A program made the position numbers and the translations under genes. A stretch of 64,000 nucleotides of DNA from an uncultured bacterium (GTDB taxonomy: Bacteria; Krumholzibacteriota; Krumholzibacteriia; LZORAL124-64-63): contig CAVSZB010000005.1 of the NCBI GenBank assembly GCA_963732385.1, forward strand, positions 1 through 64,000. Direction: 5' to 3'. Below, piece by piece: positions 61,290 to 64,000 of the stretch; the stretch's first letter is position 1, and each line of letters begins with the position of its first letter. The notes beneath the pieces are model-generated. The model did no database searches. It was not told where the DNA came from and was given only the letters and a program-made list of their open reading frames with translations.

Positions 61290-61931
61290 ATGCAGGCCAG
61301 TGAGCATGAGGCGATGTGCCAGGCGGTGGTGGACGGGGACGCGGGGCGGGCCCGGGCGCTTGCGCTGGGGATCGTGGAGGCGCGGGGGGATCTCTTGGCG
61401 GCGGTGGAGCACGGTTTCGCCGCCGGGATCCGTCGGGTCGGGGAGCTCTGGGAGGAGGGCGAGTACTTCCTGCCGGAGCTGGTGCAGGGGGCGGAGGCGA
61501 TGAAGGCGGCCATGGAGATCCTTAATCCGGCGTTGGTGGCGGGGCGCGGAGCGGCGCCGGCGCGGGCCGGGGTGGTCATTGGGACGGTGCGGGGGGATCT
61601 TCACGATATTGGGAAGGGGCTGGTTGCCACGCTTTTGTCGGCGCATGGGTTCGAGGTTTACGATCTGGGGAGCGATGTGCCGATCGAGGCGTTCGTGGCG
61701 CGGGCCGGGGAGACGGGGGCCAGGATCGTGGCCGCTTCGGCGCTGTTGACGACGACGATGACGGCGCAGCGGGATCTCGTGCGCGCGATCGCGGAGGCGG
61801 GGCTGGCGCCCCGGGTGCGGGTGCTGGTGGGGGGAGCGCCGACTTCGGCGGCGTGGGCGGCGGAGATCGGGGCGGCGCATGCGGAGAATGCGCTGCGGGC
61901 GGTGGCGGTGGCGGAGGGGTTGGTCGCGTGA
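61290..61931 (+). CDS. Corrinoid (B12-binding) protein
   Basis: GEYFLPEL cap domain; GDLHDIGKGLV, DLG, SALLTTT, VGGAP. Confidence 0.93.
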   Translation: MQASEHEAMCQAVVDGDAGRARALALGIVEARGDLLAAVEHGFAAGIRRVGELWEEGEYFLPELVQGAEAMKAAMEILNPALVAGRGAAPARAGVVIGTVRGDLHDIGKGLVATLLSAHGFEVYDLGSDVPIEAFVARAGETGARIVAASALLTTTMTAQRDLVRAIAEAGLAPRVRVLVGGAPTSAAWAAEIGAAHAENALRAVAVAEGLVA

Positions 61932-62848
61932 GTGGCCGGGCGGGGCGGAGCGGACTGGGCGACCGTCTGCGGGCGGGGCCGGTGCTGCTGCTCGATGGGG
62001 GGCTCGGGTCGTCGTTGATCGAGCGGGGGTTGACGGCCGGGATGGCCCCCGATGCCTGGAACCTCGAGCGGCCGGACGATGTCGCGGCGGTGCATCGCTC
62101 CTTCGTCGAGGCGGGGAGCGAGGCGATCCACTCGAATACCTTCGGCGGCAACCGGATCAGGCTGGCGCGCGCCGGGCTGGCCGGGCGGCTGGCGGAGGTC
62201 AACGCGGCGGCGGTGGCGCTGGCGCGCGGGGCGGGCGCGGCGTTCGTGATCGGCGACCTCGGCCCCACCGGGGAGTATCTGCCCCCGGTCGGCGCCGGGG
62301 ATCCCGAGGCCTGGGCCGCGTCCTCCCTGGAGCAGGCGAAAGCGCTCGTCGCTGCCGGGGTGGACGGCATCCATCTCGAGACGATGAGCGATCTGCGCGA
62401 GGCGCGGATCGGCATCGCCGCGGTGCGCTCACTCTCGACCGACCTCCCGCTCCTGGCCTCGCTCACCTTCGAACGCAAGAAGCGGGGGTTCTTCACGGTC
62501 ATGGGCGACCGGCTCGTTCCCGCCCTGCAGGCGCTGCGTGAAGCCGGGGCCGACGTGGTCGGGGCCAACTGCACGCTCGGCAGCGACGATTTCCAGGCGC
62601 TGGCGGCGGAGGCGCTCTCGGCCGGGTTGCCGATCGTCCTCCAGCCGAACGCCGGGCAGCCCGAGGTGGTGGCGGGGCGCGTGGTCTACCGGCAGGCGCC
62701 CGAGGCGTTCGCCGACGACCTGGCCGCGGTCCTGTCCCTGCCCGCGGACGGCGGCGGGCGGATCGCGGCGGTGGGCGGTTGCTGCGGCTGCGACGCCCGT
62801 TTCATCGCGGCGCTGCGTGGCCGGATTTCCGGGGCGCCGCCTCCATGA
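61928..62848 (+). CDS. Homocysteine S-methyltransferase domain protein (split MetH module)
   Basis: LLDGGLG, NTFG, ETMSD, GANC, PNAG, GGCCG. Confidence 0.9.
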   Translation: MSGRAGRSGLGDRLRAGPVLLLDGGLGSSLIERGLTAGMAPDAWNLERPDDVAAVHRSFVEAGSEAIHSNTFGGNRIRLARAGLAGRLAEVNAAAVALARGAGAAFVIGDLGPTGEYLPPVGAGDPEAWAASSLEQAKALVAAGVDGIHLETMSDLREARIGIAAVRSLSTDLPLLASLTFERKKRGFFTVMGDRLVPALQALREAGADVVGANCTLGSDDFQALAAEALSAGLPIVLQPNAGQPEVVAGRVVYRQAPEAFADDLAAVLSLPADGGGRIAAVGGCCGCDARFIAALRGRISGAPPP

Positions 62849-63516
62849 TCGACGCCCTGTCCATCGAGACCCCGCTGGCGGAGGTGCATCGCCTGCTGGG
62901 ATACCCCGCGGGACGCGTCGTGCCGGAGCGCGTGCGGTCGCGGCTGGAGGCGCTCCTGGCGGAGAGCCGGAGCCTGATCGAGGCGCGCGGGGCCCACGCG
63001 CGGTTTCCCGTGGCCGAGGCCGACGCCGTGCAGCTGACCCGGCCGGGGCCCGCGAGCGCTTTGGGGGAATTTGCGCTCGGGCTGGTCACGATCGGCCCGG
63101 GGGTCGAGACGCGCGCCGCCGCCATGCTGCGCGCGGGCGACACGAGCGGCGCCCTGTTGCTCGACGCGATCGGATCGGCGGCGGCCGAGGCGGCGGCCGA
63201 TGCGCTCGGCAGCCTCATCGCGGGCGGGACGGCGGCCGGCGGTGTCGGGGAGCTGGCGCTTTCCCCCTGCCGCGTCAGTCCCGGCTACGGGGACTGGCCG
63301 CTGTTTGCGCAGGAGGCGATCTTCGCGCGTCTCCCCCACGAGGAACTCGGCGTGCGGCTCCTCCCCTCGCTGCTCATGACGCCACGCAAATCGATCACCT
63401 TCGCCCTCTGGTTCGACGCCGCCGGACACGCCCTCGGCGACCTGCGCGGCTGCTCGTGCTGCCCGCTGGATCACTGTCCGCGGCAGGATGCACGGCAGAG
63501 AGGAAAACCGGCATGA
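62845..63516 (+). CDS. Methionine synthase activation-domain-like protein
   Basis: VTIGPGVE, LLDAIGSAAAEA, SPGYGDWPL, MTPRKSIT, C-terminal CxxCxxxxC. Confidence 0.85.
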   Translation: MIDALSIETPLAEVHRLLGYPAGRVVPERVRSRLEALLAESRSLIEARGAHARFPVAEADAVQLTRPGPASALGEFALGLVTIGPGVETRAAAMLRAGDTSGALLLDAIGSAAAEAAADALGSLIAGGTAAGGVGELALSPCRVSPGYGDWPLFAQEAIFARLPHEELGVRLLPSLLMTPRKSITFALWFDAAGHALGDLRGCSCCPLDHCPRQDARQRGKPA

Positions 63517-64000
63517 ACTCCGCGTATCGTCCCCTCGTCCGCGTTCTCGATCCTGAGGAGCCGTCGCGCATCGTCGACGAGGCGATCGCCGTGCTCGAGA
63601 TCATCGGCGTGCGCGTCGACAGCGAGGCCGGGCGGACCCTGCTCCTGGACGCCGGGGCTACGGCCGACGGCGACCGGGTGCTGATTCCCGAAACGCTGGT
63701 ACGGCAGGCGCTGGCCACGGTCCCGCACGCGATCCATCTGTTCGACCGCGACGGGCGCGAGGCCGCCGATCTGTCCGGGGACCGGGTGCATTTCGACCCG
63801 GGCTCGGCGGCGATCCAGGTGCTCGACCCGCGCACCGGGCAGCGACGCGCAGCCGTCACCGCCGACGTCGTGGACCTGGTGCGTCTCGTCGACGGCCTCC
63901 CCCACTACGCGATCCAGTCGACGGCCCTCCTCGCCGCCGACGTCCCCGCGGAGGTGGCCGACCGCTACCGGCTCTACCTGGCCCTGCGGCAACGGCCGCA
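63513..64000 (+). CDS. Trimethylamine methyltransferase (MttB) family protein, 5' part
   Basis: Manual translation MNSAYRPLVRVLD...IVDEAIAVLEIIGVRV...LVRQALATVP...FDPGSAAI; context with corrinoid protein; runs off the window. Confidence 0.8.
   Translation, partial: MNSAYRPLVRVLDPEEPSRIVDEAIAVLEIIGVRVDSEAGRTLLLDAGATADGDRVLIPETLVRQALATVPHAIHLFDRDGREAADLSGDRVHFDPGSAAIQVLDPRTGQRRAAVTADVVDLVRLVDGLPHYAIQSTALLAADVPAEVADRYRLYLALRQRP

Overview
High-GC bacterial chromosome segment. A C-terminal 'NYPNPFNPST' FlgD-Ig/T9SS-like sorting domain suggests an FCB-superphylum lineage (inference). Left to right: (1) partial wecB, then a divergent RRE-dependent RiPP-like cluster: HPr-kinase-like protein, ABC exporter, nucleotidyltransferase, 67-aa precursor with a KKPYRKPTV leader, stand-alone PqqD/RRE and PP2C phosphatase. 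No lasso cyclase, leader protease or radical SAM maturase is present in the cluster. (2) A heme operon, hemA-C-B-L-[HK-RR]-E-N-H-Y plus a methyltransferase, lacking hemD. (3) GT2-TPR protein, Ig-like lipoprotein, DinB-like protein, Pat acetyltransferase and OmpA-TSP3. (4) aroA-aroC-tyrS with a MITE-like element between aroA and aroC. (5) Two secreted proteins. (6) A self-contained ~16.5 kb minus-strand cluster with only tssJ-K-L-M plus two Ser/Thr kinases, PP2C and three FHA proteins, one fused to a lytic transglycosylase; no contractile-tail genes are in the window. (7) A lower-GC defence-like island (HEPN-like, DUF262, RelA/SpoT small alarmone synthetase), followed by an AlbA_2/Schlafen-like gene flanked by ~450 bp direct repeats. 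(8) rsgA and an AbiEii-like TA pair. (9) A split methionine synthase/corrinoid/MttB operon running off the right edge. Several apparent single-base frameshifts suggest sequencing/assembly errors. All calls come from motif reading only; no database searches were run.
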